Shown: positions 27,920 through 44,625, counted from the stretch's first letter. The stretch is 64,000 nucleotides of DNA from Octopus sinensis (GCF_006345805.1 NC_043000.1:143654001-143718000); one strand, 5' to 3'. Made by a program: numbers and translations. Notes: a model not told the origin generated them from the letters alone.

Positions 27920-30811
27920 AAAAATCTATATTTTCAGTTATCTAATGATGTGTACGCGATCGACTTCACTATGCATCCTCACAGGGTTAATAAAACTGGG
28001 AGTAGTTAGATGCTGGAGAAGAGAATAGAGCATATTAAACTTCTTCTTTACGCCTATGTTATAAAACAGTGTTAACAATTCCGAAAATGTTTAAATCTGC
28101 CGGTAAGATGCCTTGCGATATTTATCTAAGCTTTTGGTCTCAATTCACGTCAGACCAAGACAACTTTGCTTCACATCACTCAAAGGTCAATAAAATAAAT
28201 TACCTGTGAAGCAACACATTTAATGTAATCCACTATATTATTTCTGAAAAAAACAATGGTGTGGCGGTGTGCCAGTTTTAGACTTTTTGCTGTTTATTCT
28301 TGTTGCATTTATCGATATATTGCATCTGGCATTCATTATCTTTCCTTTACATGAAAAGTGCACAACAGATGCTTCTGTACAGCCTTGACAATAATGTCTT
28401 TTCATGAGAATAATCATTCGAAGCTACATCATGCAATATCATATATATATTGTTGCTTTTGTATTTAGGTCTATGTCAGCTCTGATTAAGCTAGTCCACA
28501 AGAATTGTTTCTCTTGCAATAACCATGCCCTCTTCTTCTGAGACAATCTAGTAAAATCTATCTAATATAGCTTTTCTTTTCAAGCCGATGTATTGCTGGA
28601 ATAGAGTGTATCTGCTACTACTTCCTATTTGTGCAACGCCGTGGAGAAGGATGTGATTCAATGAATTTTCAGCAATATTTCACTGCTGAGTCTAGCATTT
28701 CAAGTTATAGATCCGTATGTTTGCACATTGTGCTTTATGTTCCGTTTTTCATATAAATATACAGAATATGCGCTCACGTGTGTGTAGCCACTCTTTTGCT
28801 TTGGAATAACATTATTGTATGTTCCATGACGCTCCACTATTTATCTGATACAATGGATTTCTGAAGCCACAAAAGAAAACAAAATCTGGCGACGAATACC
28901 TACATATGACAAGTGGCTTCTCGAATTATGACTTCTACATACAGAACGATATTGGTATCGGGAGTGAATGACATATTAAATAATTTCAACATATATGACT
29001 TAAATATTAATAAAGCATTTTTATTGATCGAGTACAATATAAAAAAATATCTTTTCCTTGTTGCTATGTACACTTTTACTGAGATATCTTCTGTAAGGAT
29101 GCCTTCACTTCAACAATCTCCGTACTAGGAAATTTAATGTCCTTAAATTAAGGACATTCGATTATTTTAATACCCATAATTCTTTCTAATTCCTTCTTGT
29201 TTATTTTTCCAGCTTTACCGTCGTTGGTGTAAACATGTCTTTGATTTCCCCTATTTACACTCACAATAAGATGTCTTCTGTGTTATAACTGTTTCCCCTC
29301 CTCTCTTCTTCAATAATATTCTTTTGTACTCTCAAAATTCTGAATGTTATTTGTTCATTAAAACACGTAAACATTTTCGATCAATCCAACATGAGGTTAT
29401 TGTCAGGAAAATTAAATGTCTCGTCTATATGAAGACGGAGTAATTGTTTCCACTTGGGGGGAAAATTTATGTCCTGTTATATAAAACACTGTCCTAAATT
29501 AACGATGATGACCTCAAAGCAACACATGGCATATTGGGCTGCTTTCTTCATGACAAATGATATGTTCTTTCAGTTAGTAGAATTAATCTACGAAAGGTTA
29601 AGTGACGTGGTCTCCAGCTCATATGACTGGCTACTAGTCATGAATTTGTTACAGATTCAGACGTTGTTTAATAGACAAATCTGTTAGATTGAAGTCATTG
29701 AGCCAATTGAAATACTTTATGAAATTTAAACATTTAAGTGATTATTGGTGAGATGCAATTTAAGATCTGCAGAATTTGAAAATAAATCGGTGAAATATTG
29801 ATCACCATAAAATAAAATATCCAACTTTATGTTAGTTATCTGGATGGATAAACGAACAAGTATTAATAGTGCTTTAAAATTGCAATCTGAGTTCTTTTTG
29901 AAATTTAATGCATACACTTAGTCATACAAATACATAAATATATAACTATGCACGTATGAAAACATAAAATCGAACGATATATATTGCAGCGACGGATGAA
30001 CAGAATCATCTCGAAAGATGTCCGATGATATATGAATCAAATTTCACAGATATTCCCTAGTCACACTCCCCGAAGGACATACAGCTAACGAGTCATTCGG
30101 CAGTTCGGTAACTGCACTCACGACACCATTGCTAAAATAACTCAGTATAAAATAAGGTGAATGCACATACACACATACACACACAAACACAGAAACACAC
30201 ACGCACACATATATGAGATATTTATGTGCATTCGCATGTGCAAGCGTTCATGTATAGATGCACTCTCACCCACTAAAAGAAAGAGTACATCTAATTGATA
30301 TGTCAGAATTTTAGCCGTCTCTCGTATGCGAGTGTGAAGTAAAAGATTGTGCAACCCTCGCTATTTATTTTAAACGTCTACGTAGTGACGTATAGAAACA
30401 GTTTTACTCTCGGTGCACTTATTCTCACCCCAACGTAACATCGAAGATATGACAGTTGGTGATGGAAGAGATAAGTTTCCCAGCACTCGGTCTATATACA
30501 TTTTGTGTCAAGTAGAATGGGGAAAAGTGTGCTGAGGAGGAATAAATAATGAACACTCACCAGAACAGAAAAGCAGGATGCTGTTACTCTGAGGCCAACC
30601 AACTTACCACTACACCATGGTTAGTGTTTTTACATCTGCTTAAATCTACACATTTAGAGTCACCAACAATATGTGGACTTGGCCATTTTCAAATTGTAAA
30701 ATGATTAAATAGTCTGTCACACACAATGCAGAAAAGAAATACGAAATAATGATAGATTGAATACATTTCATAACTGGCTTACTAATATGGACAAGCATCA
30801 CCGGTTATACA

Positions 30812-31042
30812 GGCGGCGAGCTGGCAGAAACGTTAGCACGCCAGGCGAAATGCGTAGCCGTATTTCGTCTGTCGTTACGTTCTGAGTTCAAATTCCGCCG
30901 AGGTCGACTTTGCCTTTCATCCTTTCGGGGTCGATAAATTAAGTACCAGTTACGCACTGGGGTCGATGGAATCGACTTAATACCTATGTCTGTCCTTGTT
31001 TGTCCCCTCTGTCTTTAGCCCCTTGTGGGTAATAAAGAAATA
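30812..31042 (+). mobile_element. SINE family A, tail type 1, full length
   Basis: A box TGGCAGAAACG, B box GAGTTCAAATTCC; flanked by near-TSD GGTTATAC/GGTTACAC. Confidence 0.95.
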
Positions 31043-32199
31043 GGTTACACTGGAGAAAAATGAAACATAAAAGTAAAGTGCAGAAAGAAGTATTCCCATT
31101 TATTTCAGCAAGAAATATAGCCTGAGCATACAAATTCTTTACTTTGATTGCTAGATTTCAAGAATTTGCCAATTAATTACTAATGTTTCCAAATAAATAA
31201 TATCCGCTTGTAGAGACTATGATGGGAGTAACAATCTAAAGGAAGGTGTTACATATCCTAGATTAAGGCGGTTTAATGTATTTTCTGTTAAAAGTTTCCT
31301 GCAGCGAATAGTACGCTTCATCAACAATGCTGAATGGAATTGATACTCTTGAAATAATAAACCACTCGCTAAGATATTCAACAAGAGGGCAATTACTAAC
31401 AAAACACAACTTACATATATAATATTAGACACGCTTAATATCAGACAAATGAATACACATTCCTATACATATGTAACGTAGTTATATATACGTAAATATA
31501 ATTATGTGTATATATGAAAGATTAATCGTAATATCGTAAAAATGAATATATATAAAGTTGAATTATAATTTCACATTTAGTTTAGAATCATATTCTAATA
31601 GACATATACTTATATTTAAATAGATTTGAAAATTTCTAAATCAAGATCAAGTAGATCAGAAATCTCAAGTTCACTCGATGCAAGTTGAATATAACTTTAG
31701 AGAATAATAGTATTATCTTAAAGATTAAATATTTGTTTTTAAGTTATCGCTAATTAACGTGATAGGTCATTCTTATAAATTGATTTTGTGAAAACTGCCT
31801 TTCTTCCCATAGCTTCAATTCTGGAAAATAAATAAACATATGTGTGTGCATGTGTGTGCGTGTGTGTATGCGCGTGTGTATAGGTGTCCGAGCGTTAGTA
31901 CGTGTGTGGATGTAATAGTCCCGTTCGCATGTGAAACCAAACATGAAGAATAAATTAACAGTACTAAGGAATCAAATGCAAGTCCCTTTAAAACGACCCC
32001 TTTAACAGTAGCAGAATCACCATCCCACTACATCTACACATTCAAAGCTATTTGCTAACGGTTCTTCACCAAGATCACACTTTGATAAACTCAGTGACTA
32101 TTACGAAATGCAGGCCACAACAGACAGATGACGTTCTTGAAGCCGAGTATTTGAATTTACGGAGACAATATTTACATATCGCCTGAGGAAACACAACTA

Positions 32200-33760
32200 G
32201 AAACTGTTGCATAATCAAGTACATCCACACCTGAACATGACCTTTACAAGACAACAAAAGATAAACAGCTTGGAATCTACAAATAAAAAATTCAACTAAA
32301 AACCTAACGACTGGCAAGATACAAAAAAAAACTTTCAGCATTCCATAAACAGAACAGACTATTCAAGGAAAACACAAAAAAACTTCTACAGTGAACTAGG
32401 AAAAAATACCATTACTGTGTTAATAACTCCTCTTCAGCATCGAACTGAAGATATTGGGAAAAACAATTGGAGATATCCAAAGGAGTTTAATTAGAATGCA
32501 CATTGGCTCAGGGACATAGAAAAGGCCAAAGCCCACCTCGAATATCAAGAATGACAGGATATAACAACTGAAGAAGTGAAAGCGGGGCTCGCCAAGTCAA
32601 AGAAATGGAAATCCTCAGATATAGATAAGATTCGAAATTTTTTGGTAAACTCTTTAATGAGTACCTACCACATCTTAGCCATATCACTCAATTAAGTCAT
32701 GTCCAACCCTACGAAAACCCCGAAGTGGCTTAGAGAAGGGATGGCACATATCTTACCAAAAACAAAAGCAACGATTAGCCCACAACCAAATACCGATCCA
32801 TAACAAACCTCACTACCATATATCAACTATTAACATTTATAATAGCGAATAGCGCATATGAATTCTTGAACACTAGGACGTTATTCCCAGTGGAAGAAAA
32901 GTGATGTAGAAAGAAGTTCATATGAATGTAAGGACAAACTGTTCATTAAAAAACACTCAGAAACCTTAGCACCGCTTGGATAGATTACAATAAGGTTTTT
33001 AACAGTCTCCCTAATGCATGGATCATCAAGACCATGGACATTTACAAGATAGTTCAAACAATTGTGAACTTTTTAAAAAGTAATCAAGTATTCGTGGAAA
33101 ACCATTCTCATTTTAAGTCATATAAAAAAAGATACCACTTCCCTAGACATCAATATCTTTCAAGTGGTATCTTTCAAGGTGACTCAGTATTACCGTAGTC
33201 TGCCTCGCTCTGTTCCCATTATCCACGTAACTGAATAATACTAAGAGAGGGTTTAGTCTACATTGATGATCTAAATCTGTTTGACAAAAACGACAAAGAA
33301 TTAGAAAAGCTCTTGAATATTGTCAAAGAATTCATCGCTGATATAAGTATGGAATTCGGATTTGATACAAGTGCAAAGCCTACTTTAAAAGCAGGGAGGT
33401 CCATAAAGGCAGAAACATAGAACTTGATACTACCATTGCTAACAGAAACCTAGTCGAAACCGAAGTATACAAATATATGTGAACCAATGAATGTGAGGGT
33501 ATCCAGCACTCTAAACTAAAAGAGAAAATCCGCAGGGTAAGAATGGTCCTAACCTCAGAATTAAATGTTGCTCACAGAATTAGTGTGATCAGATCTTTGG
33601 CCGTACCAATAACCACACATAGCTTCGGTATCATTAAGTGGAATCTCATTGACATGCAAAATATGGATGGGAAGATTCGTACAATATTTACAAGGTACAA
33701 TTCAAAATCAGATGGAGACAGGATTTGTCTCCCAAAGAAAAATAGGTGGAATAGACCTGA
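32200..33760 (+). mobile_element. Degraded R4/Dong-clade non-LTR retrotransposon, copy 1 (pre-RT and RT region)
   Basis: Frameshifted motifs QNRLFKEN, KKWKS...KIRNF, PKWLREG, WIDYNKVFNSLPNAWI, GIFQGDS, DDLNLF, LAVPITTHSFGIIKW, DGDRICLPKK. Confidence 0.85.
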
Positions 33761-35515
33761 TCCCACACTATTGGATAATGGAATGTATTTGGCATTGCAT
33801 CGAATGTTGAGTGATTTCTTGGAAATAGTATAGTGAAATGGCGGACGGACATAACATCATACGGAAGAAGTTCAAGGACAGAAGAAAAAAGGAAGGGCAT
33901 CTTCCAAGGGGACTGGCTGTCTCCACTGGTCTTTGTACTGTGCTTTATAGCACTAACACTGATTCTGAGGAAAGCAAACTCTGGGTATGCATTCAAAAGC
34001 CGCCAACAAAAAGTCAACCATTTGTTATTCATGGATGATTTCAATCTTAATGTAAGATGAAGCCCAAGTCAGTTCCCTCGTTGATACGGTGTATACCTTC
34101 AGTGCTGATATGAGAATGGGGTGCGAGCTGAGAACTGGTGGTGTGTTGGAGAGAGGCAAAATCAAATGTATGGTCGGGCTATCGATACCGTCGGAGGAGT
34201 TATGAAGCAGATAGGAGAGACGGTCTATAAGTACTTGGAGATTTTGGAAATGGACAAATTGATGGAGAAAGAAATGATAGAAGAATTTAAGGTGGAGTAC
34301 TTACGCAGACTGAGGCTGATTCTTAATTCGAAATTAAACGGACGGAATAGGATCGAAGCTAACAACACCTGGGCGGTTTGACTCCTTAGAAATGGAGCAG
34401 GGATAATCGCGTGGACAGTAGACGAACAAAACAGTTAAGACAGAAAGACAAGGAAGCTGCTAAGTAGATATAGGGTACTCCACCCAAAACGTGACACATA
34501 CAGACTATATGTACCAAGAAAAAAAGGGGAAGAGGATTCATTGGATACGAACATAGCATTAGAGCAGAAGAAAACAACATAACATGGTATGTAAAAATGG
34601 TATGCAACAGAACCGTTATAATTAGAAGTAAGAAGGTCAGGCTTGTGTAGGATGAAAGATAACGCACTGTAAAAGAAAATAGATGGGTAAAGAAAAGAAT
34701 GCATAGTCAATTTCATAGGGATGCTGGAAATAAGATAGACAGAGAAAAAAGATGGCTGTGGATAATTTAAAACCGAAAACGGAGGTTGTGATATCTGCTG
34801 CACAAGAGCAAGCACTGAGAACAGACTACATAAAATACAGAGTAGACAACACTTCAGAAAGTGTTCAGTGCAGAATTTATAGACACAATGGTGAAACGGT
34901 ATGGCATATTATCAGCCAATCTACTCCACTAGCCTAGAAAGAATATAAGAGACGCCACGACAATATAACAAGGATTGTCCATTGGACACTTTGCAACAAG
35001 TATGGACTTGACAGAGAAAAAAATATGGTACGACCACAACCCCGAAGTCATCATCGAAAATGACAATGCAAGGATCCTATGGGATTTTATGATTCAGTGC
35101 GATCATGAGATTGAGAATAGGAAGCAGGTCATAGTCTTAATTGAGAAAGAAATCAAACTATGCTGGGTCATAGATATAACATGCCCAGCTGGCATCAAGG
35201 TATGCGATAAGAAAGCAAGAAAAGTCGATAGATACGACAGGTTAGCTTGGGAGGTAAAGCGTTTGTGGTCGATGAAAAAGGTGGTAGTAGTATCAATAAT
35301 TATTTGAGCCATGGGAACAGTGAGTAAAAATCTTGAGAAGTATATGGAACAAGTAGGGGCTGCAACTAAGGTGGTGCACTCGCAGAAAATTGCACTGCAT
35401 GGAACTGCTCGAATACTCCGGAAGGTGGTCGAAAAGAAGAGGTCTTACATTAGTTCACTAGTAGTGAACAGCTGACACCGTAGTACATCTCCAGCGTTAG
35501 AAGCTGTGCAAAGGC

Positions 35516-35591
<76 letters not shown>

Positions 35592-35610
35592 TAATAATAA
35601 TAATAATAAT
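33761..35610 (+). mobile_element. 5'-truncated R4/Dong-clade element, copy 2: RT domains 3-7, zinc knuckle, RLE endonuclease, (TAA)n tail at 35516-35610
   Basis: PHYWIMEC, KGIFQGDWLSPL, NHLLFMDD, YKYLEILE, LNSKLNGRNRIEANNTWAV, CRIY...ETVWHIIS, RRHDNI, ILWDFMIQCDHEIENRK..., GTARILRKV; multiple stops and frameshifts. Confidence 0.92.
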
Positions 35611-36096
35611 GCCAATCGGATAGTAACAGACGATTATCTGCATATATCCATCGAATAAAAATAAATAATGTTGCAGCAAAATGTACTGAAGTAACAAGGC
35701 CAAGACACTTCATAACTAAGGAGTTCTTTTATTTCTTTTAATGCTGTGATTTTAGTGACCTCTTTAAGCAATATGTCATAACTGACAACGAAGTGGGGGG
35801 AAATGTCCAAAATAAAACGCTTAAATAAAAGAGAAAATATCAAGATATTAAGAAGTATGGACTTCAAGAATAAATGAAAATGTTTTGTCTCTTGACTATA
35901 GTTTTTTTCTTTTCTTTTTCAATTCTGCTTGTATAGGTGTTTCAATTTATTTTACATTTTTTAATTTTTATTTTTGGTTATTTAATAATTGAAGCACTCT
36001 GGAACAAACATATTGATGTTACTCTTTATCATTTTCCTCATCAATTTTTACTGTCAACGATGATTGATTAATTCTATTTGTTTATATATGCATCAT

Positions 36097-38130
<2,034 letters not shown>

Positions 38131-38364
38131 TAGGAATACTATCATTGTATTACCTTACGTGTTTTGTTTTTTTGTTCTGGAATCTATGAAAATTACTTTT
38201 AGAAATTTCTAATTTTACAATGTTATTGTGTGAATATTGTTGTTATAAAACTGTATCCCTCCTTGAAGTTGTATACATTTAAAAGATCATTAAACTCACT
38301 GTGATATTCATAATTTTATGTTTTGCAAATTCGGAATGGTTCATCGCATGCGGGGGTGTACATG

Positions 38365-38760
38365 TATGTAAGCATGTATGTAATATGTCTCTCGAAAATT
38401 TTAAGTATTGAACAGCCATGAAACGATCGTAGTGTTATATTAATTATCTTTTTTAATAATTTTGATATATATTTAAATAATATAAATTAATTAATCTTAT
38501 ATATTGGCTTAAGTTTTTCAATGTATGTTTTGCCTAATAGTGGTTTTATCTCTAACTTAATATATGTAAGCATGTATGTAATATGTCTCTCGAAAATTTT
38601 AAGTATTGAACAGCCATGAAACGATCGTAGTGTTATATTAATTATCTTTTTTAATAATTTTGATATATATTTAAATAATATAAATTAATTAATCTTATAT
38701 ATTGGCTTAAGTTTTTCAATGTATGTTTTGCCTAATAGTGGTTTTATCTCTAACTTAATA
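38365..38760 (+). repeat. Perfect 198-bp tandem duplication (38365-38562, 38563-38760)
   Basis: No mismatch found by eye from tatgtaagcatgtatg to tctaacttaata. Confidence 0.93.
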
Positions 38761-38865
38761 TAATATAATATATATATATATATATACACGCACACACACA
38801 TATATATTTATATGTATATGTATATATATGTATATATATTTATACATATATATATATGTACACGA

Positions 38866-38952
<87 letters not shown>

Positions 38953-41047
38953 AATGTGTTTGCAATATTTTGTAATCTCACTGAATTTCCTAAAGAAATC
39001 GTATTTTCCGGTGTATGTGTAAACTTTCTCTGGTTTGAAAAAGTCGCTAATCGATGAGTAAATTGCGAGCTGACTATTGACGCTTAATTATCAAATATTG
39101 GAAGCAGCAGAAATTGCATTAATGTATAATTGAACGCTACAAGACAAATGTTGATTCCACTATTCATGTGATATCCACATAACGGGTAACATATTTTGGA
39201 ATTGAAGTTGAAGAAATTTAGGTAATAATTTACACATGGCAATACAAAATCCGGCGAAGAGCAGGGATGCAGTATTTCAATTAAAATAATTTGTGCCGAA
39301 ATTTCCAGTAAGAAATATAAGGATTCCTTTTAGACTCACTTCGATTACTTCTCCTACCTCACGAAAGCATTATTGGATTTTAGTTTAAATTGAGGGACTT
39401 TATAGATTATGAAAGAAAAGAGACAGTTTCTTCGGAATCAAAATGATTGGATGATGCAAATGAAACTATACTAAAATCGTTCAATGAAGCAAAGAAGGCA
39501 AATCGATAGTGGAAGACGTTGATATATTGGTGGCCTCCTGCCCTCAATGGCAAATCATTCAAGGTTTTTATTGATTTCTGTTTTGGCTTTTCATGAAAGC
39601 GAAAAATAATCTTTGCTGACTTCGCAATGTGTCACCTGAATCATCAATGCTATTGATTCAAATGCTTTTAGTTTATATAGACCGATGTCTCTTTTTTTGT
39701 TTTGTTTTTATGTTATTTTTATTATGTTGTTGAAAGCCGCACACATAAACTGTTTCAATATATCACCAGTAACTTTCAGGACAGCATCAATTAAAAGTAA
39801 CAACGGCAAGTGTGATATCCACGATATGAAGTGGTAGAAACTACTCGTGAATCTTCAACAACATGAAGAAACACATCATAAGAAAATAACATCAACAACA
39901 GCATCAAATAAAGCAAAGGAAAAATTAGTAGAATGAATGTTACAACAGCCAAATTAAGAAAAGAAGAACAATGCTAGACAACTGAATCATTCAAATTCGA
40001 TAAAAGAAGCCAGCAATATTGCAAGCCTTACTAGTGAACTTCGGATTTCGGCATTAAGATGAATTAGGAAGTTTAATTACAGTTATTATATATCTTCGTA
40101 ATAGAGTGATGGCAGTTAATTCGATGCTATTATAACTTATTCGACAACACACATGTGTATATACATATATGTACGTACTTTTACATATGCATACGGAAGT
40201 ATATGTCAGTTTATGTGATCTGTAATTATATACAGGTGTGAGAGAGAGAGAGTGTGTTTGAGTGTGTCCACGTGTGTGTGTGTGTGTGTGTGTGGAGAGA
40301 GAGAGAGTGATAATATGAATCAAGCAGACATATATATAATAGACAGATTGATAGATGGATAGATACGTAGATACATAGACAAATAGAATGGGTAAATGTA
40401 TTAATGTATACATATAGACAGATAAGAAAAGTACAAAGAGATAGAAGATTCAATTGAAAGGGAGATACTTGGAAAACCTGTATTAGATATTGTATTAGGA
40501 GATACATATGTATTTCTGTCCTGCAAACGATTTTGAGCATTTTAAAACTATAATTCACGAATAGCAATTTATAAGGAGGTTCAATCTTCCTTAAGATATA
40601 AATCAAACATCTTCGTAATTCCGATGTTATAGTATATTAAGCATTCATTTTTATAGCTGTTTGCTTCCCAATGAATTGATAATTTTGTGCCGATTTGAAG
40701 GTTATGTTTAGGAAGAGAGAAAAAAATCCCTTGCCCCAAAACTTTGCTGTGCTAAGAATGTGGCACATTGCATTCATGCTTGAATGAAAATAAGGGAAGT
40801 GTTGTTTAAAATAAAGTAATAAACGGTGTATTGTTTATATGTATGATTGAATATATAACAATGCTACTGTCTACGAATTGTTCATGGTATATATACAAAA
40901 TTACAAATATTTAGAAGTAACAGCACCGGCAAATATTGCATAAAACTACCTAATGTGAATGTGTATATGTGTATATATGTACGGGAATATATAAATATAT
41001 GTACATATATGTGAATATATAAATATATGTACATATATTTATATATA

Positions 41048-41429
41048 TGGCCGTGTGGTAAGTAGCTTGTTTACCAACCACATGGTTCCGGGTTCAGTCC
41101 CACTGCGTGGCATCTTGGGCAAGTGTCTTCTTCTATAGCATCGGGCCGACCAAAGCCTTGTGAGTGGATTTGGTAGACGGAAACTAAAAGAAGCCCGTCG
41201 TATATATGTATATATATGTATATGTGTGTGTATGTTTGTGTTTGTCCCCCTAGCATTGCTCGACAACCGATGCTGGTGTGTTTATGTCCCCGTCACCTAG
41301 CGGTTCGGCAAAAAAGACCGATGGAATAAGTACTGGGCTTACAAAGAATAAGTCGCGGGGTCGAGTTGCTCCAGCATGGCCGCAGTCAAATGACTGACAC
41401 AAGTAAAAGTGTAAAAGAGTGAAAGAGTA
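41048..41429 (+). mobile_element. SINE family B, slightly 5'-truncated, with a small internal deletion
   Basis: Collinear with 10112-10513. Confidence 0.92.
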
Positions 41430-43452
41430 TATAAATATATGTACATCATCACGCCACTCACATGCACATACATACATACATACATACATACATACATACA
41501 TACATACATACATACATACATACATACATACATACATCCATCCATACAAACATATATTATATATTCAGTGAGAAAGATTGTAAGAGTGAGAGGGAGAGAG
41601 GGATGTGTTTCTGCTTCTGTGCTATCTGGCGTATATAAGGATGTTATGGATGCATATTTGCGAAACGCAAATTATTATGCACGTGTGTTTATTTATGGGT
41701 GTTTTGTGTGTTGTGTTCGAATGCATGTTAGTATTATAACTATATGAGGGCTTCAACCAACCAGTATAAAACACCATAGAATTGTAATACTTAAGCAATA
41801 CTAACTTATACGAGGCTTCATTAGGAAAACAGTAGGATTCAAGGCTAAACAAGAAAACTGCTGGTAAATAAATTAATATTTAAACAAATATATTTGATTT
41901 GTTGAAAATTGAGTTATTACACCATATTCTGTTTGCAATTCTGTGTAATCTAATCTTTTAAAAACATCTTATAACTCATCGTTTGTTAATCATCAAACAT
42001 TGTATTGCATATAATATACATTACTGTGGAGAAAACGCCTATCCGATGTACATATGTTGTTATACGTGCATACACACGCACACATATATATATATATATA
42101 TATGTATGTATTATATATAAATATTTATATATATATTTGTGCATACGTGTGTGTGTGTATGTATATGTATGTGCATATATATGTATATATTTATATACTA
42201 GTATATATATATATATACATATATATATGTGTGTATACATGTATATAAATATATACATATATATGCACATACATATACATACACACACACACACGTAAAC
42301 ACAGACGTGCACACACACAAACACACACACACACATACATGCAATCATAGCACAGAATCTGTGAATCATATGATTTTACAAAGTTGTTACTTCTGTAGTG
42401 ATTTTATAGGAAATTAGAAAGAAATATAATTAAGTTTTAATTTCTGAATAATTATTTTAGGATATTATCTGATTTTAAACCAATTAATTCTAATTACATA
42501 TTAGCATTAATTTCATTAGCAATAACATCAAGTGGATTTTCAGGCTTAATAAATTCGCTTTTTACGTGATTTTTAAAAATAAAATGTGTCTTATATGTTT
42601 AGTGTATTTTTATACGCAAATGCCTTTTACGTAAGTGGATAAGATAAAATTTTTAACAAATTGCAAAAAGAAACCGCTCTTATTAGAAAGAGATTTTTTC
42701 CGTGTTCAATGGAACTACCAGAAATTGTAGTAAATGCTCCCTCAAACAATTTTAATAACAGAGTAATACTGCATTACATATTCTATTACATGATTAATCG
42801 AGAACGGCAAGTATTTCAAATAAGCAACAACGACGTAACAAATCCACGTAAATTTCAGGAGAGATAACCCGACATATTGATGACAATTACATTTTATTTT
42901 GTTGTTTAAAAATATGTGATTGCTGGTTTACGAAACATATGTTCAAAGACATTTGATTATTTACCACCTCGTCTTTTCCTTTCCATTTTTTATGTTATTA
43001 TTATTCTTTGAATACTTATGAAATATATAATCGTAAATTAAGGAAGATGTTAAGCAAGGTATTCTAATAGACATTTGTATGTCTTTGATTTGAGTTTAAA
43101 ATTCCGAGATGTCATCTGAAGACTCATTTGTTGACCAGCTTTAAATCCGACTGTAGACAATAACAGATGAGTTTTCACGGAGGAGAATCATCAATTCGTA
43201 CGTAACAGTTTATATTTGTCACCATATACAGATACACATAAACAAACTGACCGTATTTATGAAAATTGCCATATGTGTTCTGAAAATGACACATTTACCG
43301 AAAATTAGTTCAGCCTTTTTTAAGGAATGATAATGTTGAAACCTATCGCAATATTTTACCTGCGTCTCAAAGATTCAATGTACTGTTACACGTTATGTCA
43401 ATCTATGGCAGCTGAGTTTTACTCACACACACACGCACACACACACACACAC

Positions 43453-43489
<37 letters not shown>

Positions 43490-44296
43490 ATGTATACGAT
43501 CTGCACATACAAAAAGAAATGGTTATGAAATATTTCTTATACAGCTTCTCTACGCTTTTTTTATGTATATTTATATTTTATTTTATCTAACAATATCTAA
43601 AGTTTTTGGCCTTATCTTTCTTCGTTGATTCATTTGATTGTTTATTAAATCGTTTCGAAGTATACATTCACTGAGGAATTGGCCAGTGTAAGGAGTTCTG
43701 AACAGTAAAATAAGATATGGGGAAACGTTAATCCCCCGTTCTTTCTCTCACTCTATCTCTCTCAACATATTTATATAAGTATATATGTATATATGAATAC
43801 ATGTGTATAAGTGTATTTACAAGTATGTATATATGATTATATGTATACACTAACGACATTGACGTGTACTCACCACGCGCACACACGTAGAGAGAGATAG
43901 TAGCATACATACGTTTCTAGATAATAAGACAATATTGTTCAGGCAAGTCTTAACAAAATTACCTTGTCAAGGAAATAAATTGTTGGAAACAAAAAGAAAT
44001 CACATACACAAATATACTAAAAAAAAAACTACTAAATATTTCAAAGTGATGGATATTTCCTCTACTTCGTTCTAAGCAGAGGATAACGTCTAAGTGTAAA
44101 TATTTCTTGCACAGAAGTAATAATATTCAAGAAACGGGTCGGTAAAGTCTTTACGTTTAATTAGAGACATAGCCTAAGGAATTTTCACGAAACAAATTCT
44201 TTGTAATGGATATTCTTTTACGTATTTGTTACATTCATATGTTCGACACAACTGCAGCAGACGTTCAGTTACATCAACATATGAGACAAACCTCAA

Positions 44297-44361
<65 letters not shown>

Positions 44362-44614
44362 AGAGAGAGAGAAAGCTGGGGGATTACAGTTTCGCCATAT
44401 CATATGTTACTGTTCAGACCTCCTTACACTGGCCAGCTCCTCAAGGAATGTATACTGCGAAACGATTTAATAAACAATCAAATGAATAAACGAATAAAGA
44501 AAGGAACAACATTTTAAGATATTAACTCGATATATACACATTATTTATAGCTTTATCTACTTCAAGTTACACTACTAAGAAATACGTTTGTCCTACACAC
44601 AGACACACACAAAC

Positions 44615-44625
44615 ATATATGTATG

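Noticed and set aside
28900-29700. Possible further retroelement remnant or exon (ORFs 28913-29128, 29454-29687)
   Set aside because: No convincing conserved motif could be read in any frame.
38420-38431. GAAAC-GATC-GTA hammerhead-like half (duplicated at 38618-38629)
   Set aside because: No CUGANGA or stem I partner upstream.
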